A stretch of 64,000 nt of DNA, from positions 86,738,001-86,802,000 of the forward strand of contig OX597825.1 of NCBI GenBank assembly GCA_951406725.2. The letters are read 5' to 3'. The stretch comes from Octopus vulgaris. Lineage: Eukaryota. The translations under genes were made by a program, and so were the position numbers. How positions within the stretch are numbered: position 1 is the first letter of the stretch; every line of letters begins with the position of its first letter. Positions 1-13,751 of this stretch are shown piece after piece. Under the pieces are notes generated by a model. It was not told where the DNA came from. It did not search any database and saw only the letters and a list, made by a program, of their open reading frames with translations.

Positions 1-70
1 TATTTACGTTTTTGGTCCCCCCGAGATTACAGATAGGACTTGCTTTCTATATTGTGACCACATACAAGCT

Positions 71-77
71 ATCTATC

Positions 78-156
<79 letters not shown>
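71..156. repeat. (TATC)n microsatellite
   Basis: Direct tetranucleotide run. Confidence 0.95.
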
Positions 157-431
157 CGTATTATAAGTTTATATACACTGTCAATATTGTAAATGTAACT
201 TTATATACTATAAGCTACTATAAAATACTAATCTCTTGGTGGACAGAAAATGTATTTTCTTTCACCAATGAAGGTTTCAGTAGAGTAAGGAGTTCGCCAG
301 AATTGTCTTAGGAAGAAATAAAACCAGTGGCGTAGCCATTTTGCTTATAGTTCAGAACGAGACTAAAATTGTGTTTATGAAACAGTTATATCTAATGTAT
401 GATTTTAAATTATCCAAATGCATCGTGTCAT

Positions 432-433
<2 letters not shown>

Positions 434-526
<93 letters not shown>

Positions 527-695
527 GTATACAATATATATATATTATATATATATATATGTGTGTGTGTATATATATATATCCCCAAACACAACAGTAT
601 ATATATATATATATATATATGTGTGTATAAATATATATACATGTATATATATATGTGTATGTGTGTGTGTGTTGTGTTTGTGTTTGTGTGTGTGC
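434..695. repeat. Compound (CT)n/(TA)n/(TG)n microsatellite
   Basis: Direct dinucleotide runs. Confidence 0.9.
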
Positions 696-1289
696 GTTTA
701 TTGTTCCCATCGAATATATCACCTTATGTCGGTTGCAGCTATCGATAGTATGTTATGTGTTGAAATATCGACTTGGCCAGCAAATTTTGTTAAAAAATCT
801 ACTTCACCTGATTCCACCTACAGAAACTGATCTGGTCCAATACTTACGTAAAAGAATCAATAGATTCACCAAACTACGATCGAAAAAAAAATCAGAAGCA
901 GAAGCATCCGACTTTCTCTTTATTAAATTATTAAGTTCCAAGAATCAATTTATGGAGAAAAAAAAAGTTCTCACTTTTTCTCACCATTCCGTCAACTTGT
1001 GCAGCATTTAGCACATCTAAAGATTGGTAAATTAATAATGGCACATTAATAGTATTTAACGTAGTAGGAATAAAAGAATTTAGATAGAAATTATTGTAGA
1101 AGATTTCTTGAAGAACCAAAGTATCATGTTGGAAACTTAATATAAATAAACGATTATTATGATGATATTAGTGACATCTTGTGACCTCTGAAAAATCCTC
1201 TCCATGATATTCTAGAAAGAATGTATATTAAAATGGTAATCTATTATCTTCCATAAGACTTTGTTGCTGGATTTGAACTAAAAAACAAA

Positions 1290-1800
1290 AGATAAGAACC
1301 CATCTGACAATCAAGGATTTGTACGGTACCATCAACGTTTACATCGGAGATCGATACCTGATCGAAGTGATCTTAGCTTAGTCTGGTAAAGTTGGTAAGA
1401 TTGTGTGTCTTCGGGAACTGTCACGGTCGTTGTAGCTCTATACGTTGTCGGTTTCCTTTGATGACATAATTTCTGGAAGAGTTGCAGCGCCCATAGCCTT
1501 TTGCTGGTGACATTGAAACAGTTGGTGTTCAGTGTGAATCACTTCCGGTTGATGTCTGTAAGGAAGAGGAGTTTGGAAGGCTGAAAGAAGGAAGGATTTA
1601 GAAGGTGTTTGGGGAATGAAGGCCTGTAATGATGGTAAACACGTTGGTTTACATGATGTACATCAAGGACAGAAACAAGGGTTTCTAATGCTGCTGGTGC
1701 AAAGAAGAACGGAACACGTCGAGGGGCCAAGGTTGTACGATATCGATGAGGAAAAAGAGATTTAATAAGCAGTCGAATGGCTGCCCTGTCTTTAGATACA
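1290..1800 (-). pseudogene. Highly decayed reverse transcriptase fragment, possibly Penelope-like
   Basis: Minus-strand translation across frameshifts gives TLNTNCFNV...QQKAMGAATLP, resembling the PLE RT N.F.F..Q..G.AMG motif; many stops. Confidence 0.35.
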
Positions 1801-1857
1801 AAACACGTGCGCCTGCGCGCGTGTGTGTTGTAGGAGTAGTAGTAATAGTAGTAGATA

Positions 1858-2074
1858 CGAGGGGGTGCTGAAAAGTTCCTGGTTTTGTGTAAAAGAAAAT
1901 ACAACAGGATCAGTTAGTTATGGTTTTATTCAACATATTCCCCCCTCAGATTCGCACACTTCTTGCAGTGGCCCTTCAGTTTTTCTAGGCCCTGTAAAAG
2001 AAGTCGGAAGGTTTTGCTTCCAACCAGACCTTTCGCGATACCCTTAAAGCCAGGAATTTTTCAGCATTCCGTCC
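1858..2074. mobile_element. Mariner-type MITE (non-autonomous DNA transposon)
   Basis: TIRs CGAGGGGGTGCTGAAAAGTTCCTGG ... CCAGGAATTTTTCAGCATTCCGTCC, TA on both sides, no ORF. Confidence 0.8.
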
Positions 2075-2144
2075 TACATTGTTCTGGTTGTATGTGTGTC
2101 TGTGTATATGTATGTGTATAGGAGTGTATGTGTGGATGTGGGTT

Positions 2145-2605
2145 TAGGTGCACGGTTTAGGGGTTAGGACATTCGGCTCACCACCCTAAGATAAAAATAA
2201 GTTGCACTTATATTTCAAAGGACCGGCCTTGTCACATTCTGTATCACGCTGAAGGCGGCGAGCTGGCCGAAACGTTAGCATGCCGGGCGAAATGTTTAGC
2301 GGTATTTCGTCTGTCTTTATGTTTTGAGTTCAAATTCCGCCGAGGTCGACTTTGCCTTTCATCCTTTCAGGGTAAATAAATTAAGTACCAGTTATGTACT
2401 GGAGTTCATCTAATCAATTAGCCTCCTCCTCCAAAATTTCGGGCCTTGTGCCTAGAGTAGAAAAGATTCTGTGTCACGCCGAATCTCTCTGAGAACTACG
2501 TTAAGTGTCTGTGGAGTACCCAGCCACTTGCACGTTAATTTCACGAGTAGATTGTTCCGTTGATCGGATCAACTGGAATAGTCGTCATCGTACCCGACGG
2601 AGTGA
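2145..2605 (+). mobile_element. tRNA-derived SINE family B, interrupted by a family A SINE
   Basis: Body matches the copy at 14895-15188 (CTGAGAACTACGT...CAGCCACTTGCACGTTAATT...CTGTTCCGTTGATCGGATC). Confidence 0.75.
2254..2465 (+). mobile_element. tRNA-derived SINE family A (Meta-domain-like core)
   Basis: Head GGCGGCGAGCTGG, B-box GAGTTCAAATTCC, core GTCGACTTTGCCTTTCATCCTTTC...AAGTACCAG; 18-bp TSD at 2236-2253 and 2466-2483 (2 mismatches). Confidence 0.9.
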
Positions 2606-2967
2606 CAAATATGTGGGTGCGTATCTGTTGGTGTGTAGGTGCAGGTATGGAGAAGGTAGGCTGTTCTGTTTGTTTAAGCGTTGCTTAACGTGGGCCAACC
2701 GTGTGTTCTGCCGAGACAAAACAACTACTCCGACTTTCAGTATTTTCCGATCTGGAACGGAAAATCTAACTGTAAGAATCAGTTTTGGTTAAGTCATGAA
2801 AGATCAGCAAATAGTTGAAAATGGTGTAAGTGCGAAATGACTGCGTTTGGTCCTGGGACACTTCAGTCTCTCAAAATCCTCTTATTTTGGTAGTTTTGAC
2901 TCAAAGCGACGAAAATATTTTGACAAATTAAACTTAAATGTTGAAGTGAATCTAACGGTTTTGTGTG

Positions 2968-3052
<85 letters not shown>

Positions 3053-5097
3053 ATATAAATATATATAAATATATATATGTATATATATATGTATGTGTCT
3101 AGATATGTATACATACATACATGCATACATACATACACTTACACAGACAAACCATTAATAATTTCTCACCAAATCAATTTGTCTAAAACTTCATCACATT
3201 AATGTTGTTATTTTTTGTGGTGTTCTCTAAACTTAGAGACTAGAATATTGCCATCTTCGTAAGCAAAGATTTATGAAGGAAATAAATGAATAAATGAAAA
3301 AATAATACCTGATACCATCGGCGTCGTATTTGGTATTTGGAATCATTTTAGTATAAAATATATTTCAAAATATCATCCAGTAACATCTAAAGCGAAATGG
3401 TTTTAAAAAAAGTACATCGCATTTCTTGTCAGGACAGTGGAAGAGTGGAATATGAAGACGGCATTTTGTTTCATGTTTCATTTCGCAAAGAAAAATAAAA
3501 CAAAACAACAAGCAACAATAAATAATTAGAAACAAACAAACAAAAAAGAAAATAACAGCCACGAACCTGAAGGCAAGAATTTTGAGTAGTTTTGTGTTTA
3601 CAGAAAAATCATTTGAACCAGAAGTCTTAGTAGTTTGTCAGTCGTCATTAAACGTTGAAAACCGAGGAAAAACACGAGAAAATGTGTGAAACTGTCTCGC
3701 AGACATTTTGTCAAAGTTTTTCTCTTTTCTTTAATAAATGTTTAATTGAAAAACAAATTCCCACTCAGGCGTTACTAAGGATTTGAGGTGTTAGCTCCTA
3801 TTCAAATATTGATGTGCAGTTCACAATTTCCATAATTGTTTGCTTCATAAACCTTTTCATCTCAGCCTCCTTACTGTTTGCTTTGTTTTCTCTTCCACTT
3901 CTCTCTCTCGCTCCCTTTCTCTCCCTCTCGCTTTCTCTCTCTCTCTCGCTTTCTCTCTCTCTCTCTCTCTCTCTCGCTTTCTCTCTCTCTCTCTTGTTTT
4001 CCCTCCACCTTTCTCGTTCTCTCCCTCACACAGACATCATATCCAACACCGATGCTGTAACTGAATAATTAATCATGAAACTGTGCTGAAGGTAAACTAC
4101 AGATGTTAGACACGCTAATGCCCATCCCACCACGACGACCACCTCTGCCACCAATTCACAGCCTCAAAGTGAAATCAGTGATTTATGTCAGACTGACGAA
4201 TCATAATTCATATCACTGCGCTCTCCGAATTACACCTTTACATCGGACAATTGACATTGGACCATTAAAATGTAGTTCCAGTGAAATACCGAGGTGGATT
4301 TAACCATCCGGTCCTGAGGTCTGCCAGTTTTCTTCAAATTAGAGATTTTGTTCGAGAATCCAGAACGATTCTTGTTTTAAAAGATCAATCTGGTGTAACT
4401 GCTCCTAAGAGCCACGGGTTCCTGTGGCGGAGGAACAATGACAAGAGGTGTTATTTGCTTTGCAGGATAATGCTTGATACAAGAATAGTTGAGAGATGAC
4501 GTCTTTGTTTGTGACACAGTATAGAACAATGCTGAGAAGTGAACCACAAACCTCTCAGTTCATAGGGCGGGAGTGAATTCTCTTCTGTCTTAGATTTAAC
4601 ACTAAGGACTAGCGAGACCCGCAGGAAAGAAAATCCACAATCTTCGCTGTCTGTGGTTATTGTGATGGTGGGGAAGACGACGGCGAATGACAGGTAAGAA
4701 AAGAAGAGAGAGAGAGAGGGGTAGGATGGAGGGGAGAGAGGTGGAGACAGAGAGGAGAGATGAGAGAGGGAGGGAGAAAGGGAAAAGGAAATTTCGACAA
4801 GTGTTTGTTGAAGTGGTAGCAGTGAAAGATAGGAAGAAAAAACAAAAACAAAAGAAAAGGGTGGCACCGGTGGATCGATGCGGCTGTAAAATAATGCAGA
4901 GGCGTGAGGCGAGGTGCAGAAACATAGGGGGAGGGGGACGTGAGGAGACGTGCGGACACGGGTGTACGAACATGGAAGCAGGCAATGATGTGTACGGAGT
5001 ATACGCTTGCACGCCCACCTACCTCCACACACATACCAACGCAAACATAGCTCTTACAGGCTCATGCACAAGTACGCACGCACACGTATGCATCCAC

Positions 5098-5813
5098 ATA
5101 CATACATACATACATACATACATACATACATACATACATACATACATACATACATACATACGTACATGTATGCATACATACATACATACATAGATACATA
5201 CATACATACATACATACATACATACATACATACATACATACATACATACGTACATACGTACATGTATGCATACATACATACGTACATGTATGCATACATA
5301 CATACATACATACATACATACATACATAGATACATACATACATACATACGTACATGTATGCATACATACATACATACATGTACGCACGCATACATACATA
5401 CATACATACATACATACATACATACATACATACATACATACATACATACATACATACATACGTACATGTATGCATACATACATACGTACATGTATGCATA
5501 CATACATACATACATACATACATACATACATACATAGATACATACATACATACATACATACATACATACTTACATACATAGATACATACATACATACATA
5601 CATACATACATACATACATACATGTATGCATACATACATGCATACATACTTACATACAACATACATACATACATACATACATACTTACATACATGTATGT
5701 ATACATGCATACATACTCGCATATATACATACATATATATACACATACATACATACATAATACATACACATGTATATACATACATATATATATATATACA
5801 TAGACACACACAT
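5098..5813. repeat. (CATA)n microsatellite with CGTACATGTATG variant units
   Basis: About 700-bp direct run. Confidence 0.95.
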
Positions 5814-6336
5814 ATGCTCATAGACTGGGGACTGTAACGTTATCATCCTGTTACTCTATCTTCGTCATGACTCTGAACAGCTTATAAACACCATGAACCA
5901 TTACATGACACCACCACCACCACCACCACCACTATCTTCACCACCATTTACCATTTTCATCTTTTACTTTCACTTTCTCTTTTCTTTTTCGCTTCTTTGA
6001 TTTTCTCTGTTCCTCTTTCTATCCCACGCTTACCCCTCTCCCCATCTCCCCATCTCCCCCTCCATCGTTATTATGTGAATGCTAATCTCTTCTTTCTCTC
6101 TCTCCTTTCCTGTCTTTCTGTGACTTTCTCTTTTTAAGTCTGGTTCGATTTTTGTCGGTCTCTTATGCCGAACCGCATAAGACTTACAGGGACGTAAACA
6201 GACCAACACTGCTCGCCAAGCAGTGACAGAGTACAAGACACGTTAACCGTAGCTCTATGACACACCCTGCTGTTTATTAGCTGAGTAAACTAATTCATTG
6301 TGTAAGCTCTTGGTAAGGTACTCTACCATCTCAGCT

Positions 6337-6550
6337 GCGTAAACTACCGCAACGTGTTAACTGTTACTGTGTAAACTACCACAGTGTATTAACTGTTACT
6401 GTGTAAAGTACAGTAACGTGTTAAGTGTTAATGTGTAAACTACTGCAGTGTGTTAACTGTTACTGTGTAAACTATTGCAACTTGTTAACTGTTACTGAGT
6501 AAAATACTGCGACGTGCTAACTGTTAATGCGTCAACTACCGCAGCGTGTT
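6337..6550. repeat. 32-bp minisatellite, about 6.7 copies
   Basis: Unit GTGTAAACTACYRCARYGTGTTAACTGTTACT starting at 6337, 6369, 6401 and so on. Confidence 0.9.
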
Positions 6551-8259
6551 CATATCTGCTGGGATATACAAGTGTTGTTACTCAGTTAACAGAGTCAACT
6601 GTTGAAGAGTGTTAATTTCAATCTTTGACACACTGCCATTGTTTTCGAAGTGTGTAAATTGCTGTGTTAATTATTGCTCGCGTTAATTACTGTCGGCGTT
6701 AATTATTTCTATGCTACACAGTGTTGGTTGGTAAGAGTGTTAACTGCAGGTAGTTGCAGTGTTGCTGTCATAACAAGGGTCATTACTGCAGCTGAAGGTG
6801 GGGAGCATTGTTCTGAGAAATATTACTGCAAAGTTTATCTCGATGTTGGCATTAACACACACAGATTTCACCAATCGCTGCATATCATTTGGCTGTTAAC
6901 ACACAGATAAATGCTGTTGGCACATTTCACTATTTCAGCAGAACTCTGTTATTACATGCAACATTTGATAATGTGAGATTGTCCAAGACAGCAAAGATAT
7001 GTTATAGCCTTCGGAGCAGATACGATATTTCGTCGTCATCGACAGTGTATATATATGAGTGTGTATATATGAGTGTTTTGCATATGTGTGAAGGGGAACT
7101 GTATTTGTCTGCTAGTATATATGTGTGTGCGTGTGCGTACGCGTGTGTGAAGGGTGGGGGTTGTCATTAGACGGATCACGTTCTCTCAAATGAAAATGAG
7201 ATATTGGTCTGCCTACAGAAAGCCGTCAGAATATTTGACACGTCAACCGAAGGTAGAACAATTTGAACTATCACGTGGCAAGACAACTGTCAATTATTTT
7301 TGTTTCAAATCATAATTAACAAAAACACCCCCCTCTCTCTCCCCACCCAAAGAAAAACGTCGAATTTTGAACAGAGAACAAAAGTAATTTGATGCATGAG
7401 GCGCAGGTTCGGTTGCGTGTACGGCTGTAAGACGTGTTTCTTCGGAAACCCCTTGGTTTCAGGTTCTGCCACAGTACGCGGTAGTTTAGGGTATCCACTG
7501 TTATAGTCCGGGGTCAACCAATACCTTTAGTTTTATGAGAGCGAATTTGCTACACATGAAACTGCGTGGAGACAGCTCACATGTATGTATGTATGTATGT
7601 ATGCACACACGCACACAATAGTTGTAGTAGTAGTAGTAGTTGTAGTAGCTGCTGTTGTTGTTGTTTAATACCCGGTTAATCCGAAACCAACAGATTAAAG
7701 CTATCCTAATCTCGTTCTATTTACCGAAGACTATGGTAAAATTCTTCTTTTGTCTCCACAAATATCCCATTGTTTTCGATGTCGAGTTACGCCGTCGTCC
7801 CGGAGTGAATGCTTTGCCAAGGGATGGAACCGGCAGCGCTGGCTTTGCTTAAAAAACACCAAACTGCATCATTCTCTGAAACGATTATGATCTTCAAAAG
7901 CAGCAGACTTGAATAGTAAAAAAGAAATATAATAAAAAATAATTAAACATTTTGAAGAAGAAAAAAAGCTGGCAAATTGGTGCACAGATGCGTTAAATTA
8001 AATGGTGAAAACACATTTTAACTGCAGCCCCATTCAATGAGGTTAAAGAACTGACATTTTCGAGTAACCTGTTCTTTATAACGGCTTATTTCAAATAAAT
8101 TTGATTAATAAGAATTAAAATATAAAAAAGCAACACATTTCTTTTACGTAATTCCATTCCTTACGGACCATTAATATTTGATTTTTATTAAGTTTAAAAA
8201 AAATTAAACGCAAAAAGTATGTGGGATTTAGCTTGGTTTTAATAATTGACATGCTGCCA

Positions 8260-8283
8260 ATATATACATACATACATACATAC

Positions 8284-8316
<33 letters not shown>

Positions 8317-8484
8317 TGTTTCTATGTATGTATATATGTATGTATGTTCGTATGTATGTATGTATGTATGTATGTATGTATGTATGTATGTATGTATGTA
8401 TGTATGAGTGCGTGTGTGCATATAGAGATGTTTGCTTGTTCATTCTTTCTTTCTACCATATGTATGCATCCCTCTCTCTCTCTC

Positions 8485-8532
<48 letters not shown>
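8260..8532. repeat. Compound (TATG)n/(TA)n microsatellite
   Basis: Direct runs. Confidence 0.9.
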
Positions 8533-8534
<2 letters not shown>

Positions 8535-9319
8535 ACTACGTATAAATCTCCTTGACTTACTTTTTAAATCTCTCACCGACGGAAAAAAGAGTCGGTTTCT
8601 AACCGGGATACGAGAGGCTGTCATTCGAATCTAGTCAATATCAAACAGAGTAGTTCAGGTGAAGTGTGTATGTATACATATATATGTACGCCTGCATTTG
8701 TATATATGCAATCAGACGTGTATGCATGCACATATGTAGGCATATACGCAGCAGACGTCTTCACATAGGCGCATATTCCATGCTGAAAGGTGAATGTTTC
8801 AGATAGTTTGACCGTTCCTTTGACAGTTTGTAAACGTAACCGTCTGATTAGCCGTATTCATTCTGGTTTTATGAATCGCAGCTTCTCAGGAAGAGCGCCG
8901 CAGAGACAGTCACGCACTCAGTCGTTCCAGTAAGGATCGAAAGCTGAAGTGATTGTGTTGATGGCCTACCTCTAGATTTCTGATCAGTTCGCTTACGATG
9001 CTTTCTTTTTCAGACCCTTTCTTTTCAATATATGTTGACGTCTGTTGGGCAACTGATTTCAACTCCTCTGTAGAGTTTCTTTTCTCTACCCTAGATTATT
9101 ATGTCTGGTGTGTGTTTGCTTGCATTTTATAGAACTCTTGACAGAGACATTCGGCCAGAATTCTTTCGAATTATGTGTAGTTATATTCAAATCACAATTG
9201 TTTCCTGTATTTGTCTCCTGACGATTATCCTTTTTACGGATTTCATTCTAGTTACCATATTATATCCCTTAGGTACCTAATACCATGAGGATATTTTCGG
9301 ACATCTACTTATAATGTGG

Positions 9320-9485
9320 GCATTTCGTCCGTCTTTACACTCTGTATTCCAATTCCGCTGAGGACGACTTTGCCTTCATCCTTTCGAGATCGATAAAATA
9401 GGTACCAACTGAGAATTAGGATCGAAATATTCGACGTACCCTCTTCCTCGAAAATGCTGGTCTTTTGCCAATATTTCAAAGCAAT
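9320..9485 (+). mobile_element. SINE family A, 5' truncated and diverged
   Basis: CATTTCGTCCGTCTTTAC...GACTTTGCCTTCATCCTTTCGAGATCGATAAAATAGGTACC. Confidence 0.75.
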
Positions 9486-10450
9486 ATTAACTTATTTATT
9501 ACACTAATATATTTTTACAGGAAACAACAAACTCCTTTGCCTGATACTCTAACCCTAACCCTTTCAACGTTTCTATACCTTTTCCCCTTTAATTCCACAA
9601 TATATTCAGCCCCTCTTTTTCCTTATTCTTAAATTTTAAAATTTTCCTGACTATCATTATAGATCCTTTCTCCTTCAGTCCCTTAATATATTCACCCACC
9701 TCCAATATTATCTTCAACTTTTAAAACTTTCATAATCTATTTCCCTATTTTGAAATTTTGTTCTAATTTAATATATTTTTTATATTATTTTACTTCAACC
9801 ACAAACAACCAATATTTTTTCTCATTTTCAATCTACACACACACACACACACAGACATCACACATTAATATTAGAAAATATGATATTTTAAAATTTTAAG
9901 ATTTCTTATTTAAAAATTTTTAACTCTTGTTTTAAGCCTTTATTTTATTTAATTTATTCCCCTTTTAATTAAAATTAAAATTTTTTGATTCTTTTAATTA
10001 TCCTAAAACCAATTTATTCATTGTATTGTTTAGTTTAATAAGTGAAGGTAGTTACCCCCCCTCTTTCATTTTTCACGCATCCATTGTTGATATTCTTGTT
10101 TCTGTTTCATTCAATGTCTAGCTTTTCTTCTAATTTATTCATATTTCTCTCCCTCTTCTCTTCCTTCTCATCTTAAATCTACTTCACGATTTCCTTTCAT
10201 AGTTTCATTTTATATTTCGCTACTTCATGCCTCTGTTAATTCAAAAAGAAATATTTAAACCTTTTTCTCTATTTACCTTTCTTTAGATTAAATTCAAATG
10301 GATCCACTTTCAACTGCGTAATAACTTTTATTCGTTTTTTTTCATAAAATTTCACGTCGTTTAAGTTACAAACATCGAATATGAACGGCGTTTTTATCAA
10401 ATTTATACGATTGTTATCAGCTTCAGTATTTTCATCATCACCATCATTAT

Positions 10451-10700
10451 CCTCCCCTCCTCCTCCTCCTCCTCCTCCTCCTCCCTCCTCCTCCTCCTCC
10501 TCCTCCTCCTCCCCCTCCTCCCCTCCCCTCCCCTCCCCTCCTCCCCTCCTCCTCCCCTCCTCTCCCTCCTCCTCCTCCCATCCCCTCCCTCCCCATCCCC
10601 CTCCCCCTCCCCTCCCCTCCTCCTCCTTCCCCCATCCCCTCTCCTCTCCCCTCCCCTCTTCCTCCTCCTCCTCCTCCTCATCATCATCATCATAATCATC
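10451..10700. repeat. C-rich polypyrimidine (CCT/CCCT)n tract plus (CAT)n
   Basis: About 230-bp near-pure C/T tract. Confidence 0.9.
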
Positions 10701-10724
10701 ATTGCCATTTTTGCTGCCAATTCT

Positions 10725-10900
10725 TTCGGCCTTGCGTTCTGAGTTCAAACACCACCGAAGTCAACTTTGCCTTTCATCCTTTTCTGGGTCGATAAAGATA
10801 AGCCCCAGTTGAGCATTCGAGGGGAGGGGGAGAGGGTCGATACAGTTAGCCCCGCCCTCTCCCCTAAATTTCAAGTCTTGTGTCCAGAGTAGACAGAATT
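10725..10900 (+). mobile_element. SINE family A, 5' truncated
   Basis: CGTTCTGAGTTCAAA...GTCAACTTTGCCTTTCATCCTTTTCTGGGTCGATAAA. Confidence 0.75.
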
Positions 10901-11469
10901 ATTATTAAACAATTTTGTGGAGACAACCCACTTATATCAACAGCTACACCGCTAATAATAAGAGCTGGGCGGGTGATTTAGGTTGGGTAGCCAAAGGAAA
11001 AGGACGGTTTTGAGTATAAAACTTGTTTGGATATCTGAAAAGATGAGGGCTAAGGGAGGTAAGCCCGAGAGTAAGTTGAAAGCAAAGAGAGTTCGTCGTC
11101 CATCGTCGGAAGGAAACGGTTGTGTTTAACGTTTCCGACCCTCAACCATGGCAACGGGGATATCCTTCCTTCCTTCCTTCCTACCAATGCCTTTAGCCAT
11201 GCGTCTATTATCTTTATACGTCATCGTTTCGTCCCTATTGTCTTTCCCTCTCGCCCTACTTCTAGATTCTTCTTTATCTAACACTTACACATGCACACGC
11301 ACACACCACACACCAAACACACACATATACACACGTATGTATACATGCATGTATGCAAGCATCTATGTAAGTATATATAAGATCTCATGATAAGAAAAGT
11401 CGTTACAGGTACAGAAAGAGGTCAGGCTCTGAAAGGAGCAGACAGCCACCATATATATATATATATATA

Positions 11470-11743
11470 GTTTATAAGAAAACATAAATCCGAACGAAGA
11501 AATATACTCTAAGATGTAGAGCAGTATATATTAAAAATGGGGAAGGCTGGTTTACGGGATTACCTTAGGTTTCCCATCCATAGAAGGTTTAGCTTTATGG
11601 CGTATCGTGAAACCCCAAAAGCCTGTTGGCCCAAGACCTCTAAAACTATGGAGGAGGAAACGCCGATATGCCATAAAGCTGAACCCTTTATGGACGGGAA
11701 ACCTAAGGTAATCCCATAAACCGGCCTTCCCCATTTTTAATAT
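11470..11743. mobile_element. (TA)n-anchored foldback element with about 80-bp inverted arms
   Basis: About 11529-11607 is the reverse complement of about 11664-11742 with 7 mismatches; spacer about 55 bp. Confidence 0.8.
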
Positions 11744-12695
11744 GTAGGTATGTGTGTGTGTGTGTGTGTGTGAGTGTAATTCTGTGTAAACGGAAGATTC
11801 TGATCTGGTATCCTTAGTCCTTAATTATGAAAGAACTCGATACTGTACGCCGAGTGTTGATATAAATGAATTTATCGATATTTGTACAACGCGGCCATTG
11901 TTGTTTCAGCAAAGTAAATATTTGCTGATTTTCTATCAGAAATGTTATCTTTAACATGCTTCATTCATTACCACATCAATTAAAATATATGTATTTAGGG
12001 ACAAATCGATTGAAAATTTCAACTAAGATCGAACGTCTATACCCAAAGCAACCTTTGAACATTAATAAAACAATGAACCAATAGAATAAAAACGCAAAAT
12101 GAAACAGTGTAATAATAGAATAAAATAACAAAAATAAATCGATACAAAACCTAAAATTAATAGATTAAAAAAGGTCACACCTCGTTTCCAATATTTTCCT
12201 GCTTCGAAGATAAACAACAAACAGACATTAAAATGAAACATTAAATTTGTTATTTCGTAATAAATAACATTATGTAGAACAAAAGAACGATCAATTAAAA
12301 AAGCAAATATGAAGAATTAAAAATGAGAATTCAACAATTGAAAAATCACACGGTTTCTCACCTGAGTTTGGTAGGTTCTTTAACCAAAGTGGATGGTAGC
12401 AGGTTGCTGGGGGTGGGGGCGGAGGAAATTATTGAAGAAGACAAATCTCTTCTAAGCCTCTTAGAATTTTTATTTAAAGGAAGATCTGTTACTGAAGAAA
12501 AAAAAAAAAAAACAGCAGAAGCAGAAGATTCTGGGGTGAATTTATTTAAAAAAAAAGTATCCAGAATGGATGCTTATCGTTATTCGATTGGATAATTCGA
12601 AAATATTGCAAAAGTCTAACAAAACAATGATTTGCACTTGACTCAACATTCTCGAAGTGTAGTGCGTTCCCACGATGTCAGTCAGTTCACGTCAA

Positions 12696-12749
<54 letters not shown>

Positions 12750-13708
12750 TTCTTCAGTTCTTCTGATATGAATCTGTTTTGATTTTGGTCCAGCTTCTCA
12801 GAGTCCAGCTGTTCTCATAAGGATTCGTCTCACATTCTGATGAGGTTCTTTCAGATTGTTGAAAGACAGCTAATTTCTGTTTCTTAACGAAGTTATTCAC
12901 ATCTTTTTCGTACAACTCTGGACTCTTGTAATTAACCAAACACAATTTCTTCTACTACAGGTCCTGTCTCAATCATTTCAAAGTCTCCTCTGAAGAGACT
13001 TCGTACTATAAGACTCTTGAAGAAGAGTTCAAACACTAAAAAAGAAAGCTTTCCCCACAATTTCACCACCGAACACACGATAACTGAAATGGTGAAAGTA
13101 TTGTTCTAAAATCTCTTTTAATCTTAAATCTTTTGAGAGAATCGTTTTGAGACAAACCCTAAACTGATGTCTTGTATACGTTAAAAAAGAAGCTCTCTCT
13201 TTCTGATCAATCACTTGTAGTAGAATTATGATTGTGGAAAGCAGGAGATGACGTCGATAAAATCGAACTGCCATGCCATTTGGCTCTTGCGATTAAGATG
13301 GTGGGATGGAACGTCCTTCATTGGAAAACTCTTTTCTTAGAAGTGGTCACGTCTAATGGCAGCAGGAGCCTATTGAAAACCAAATACTTGTTGATAATCT
13401 TGAAGGTCTTGGAATCATGGGGTTCTCTGATAGATTGCCCATGAAAGTTGAGTAAAACTATCCTTTATCATTTTATATTAAGAAACCTATCCATTATGGT
13501 TTTATATAGAGAGATTCTTTAAGCATTCCCTTCTAGCTCGAAATAAATAAGGACTGGTACCATCGCAAAACCTGGTCAGATCAGAAATCTTTTCCTCTTA
13601 ACAACCTGACGAAAACTCGACATTTTTTCTGTAACCACTTTGGCGGCTATACATAGTTCTTTCTTTCTTTCTTTCTTTCTTTGCTTTTACTTTCTTTCTT
13701 TTCCTTTT

Positions 13709-13751
<43 letters not shown>

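Noticed and set aside
5007-5837. Long ORFs such as (YIHT)n, (MYVC)n, (IY)n and (HT)n across the window
   Set aside because: Translations of stop-free microsatellites, not proteins
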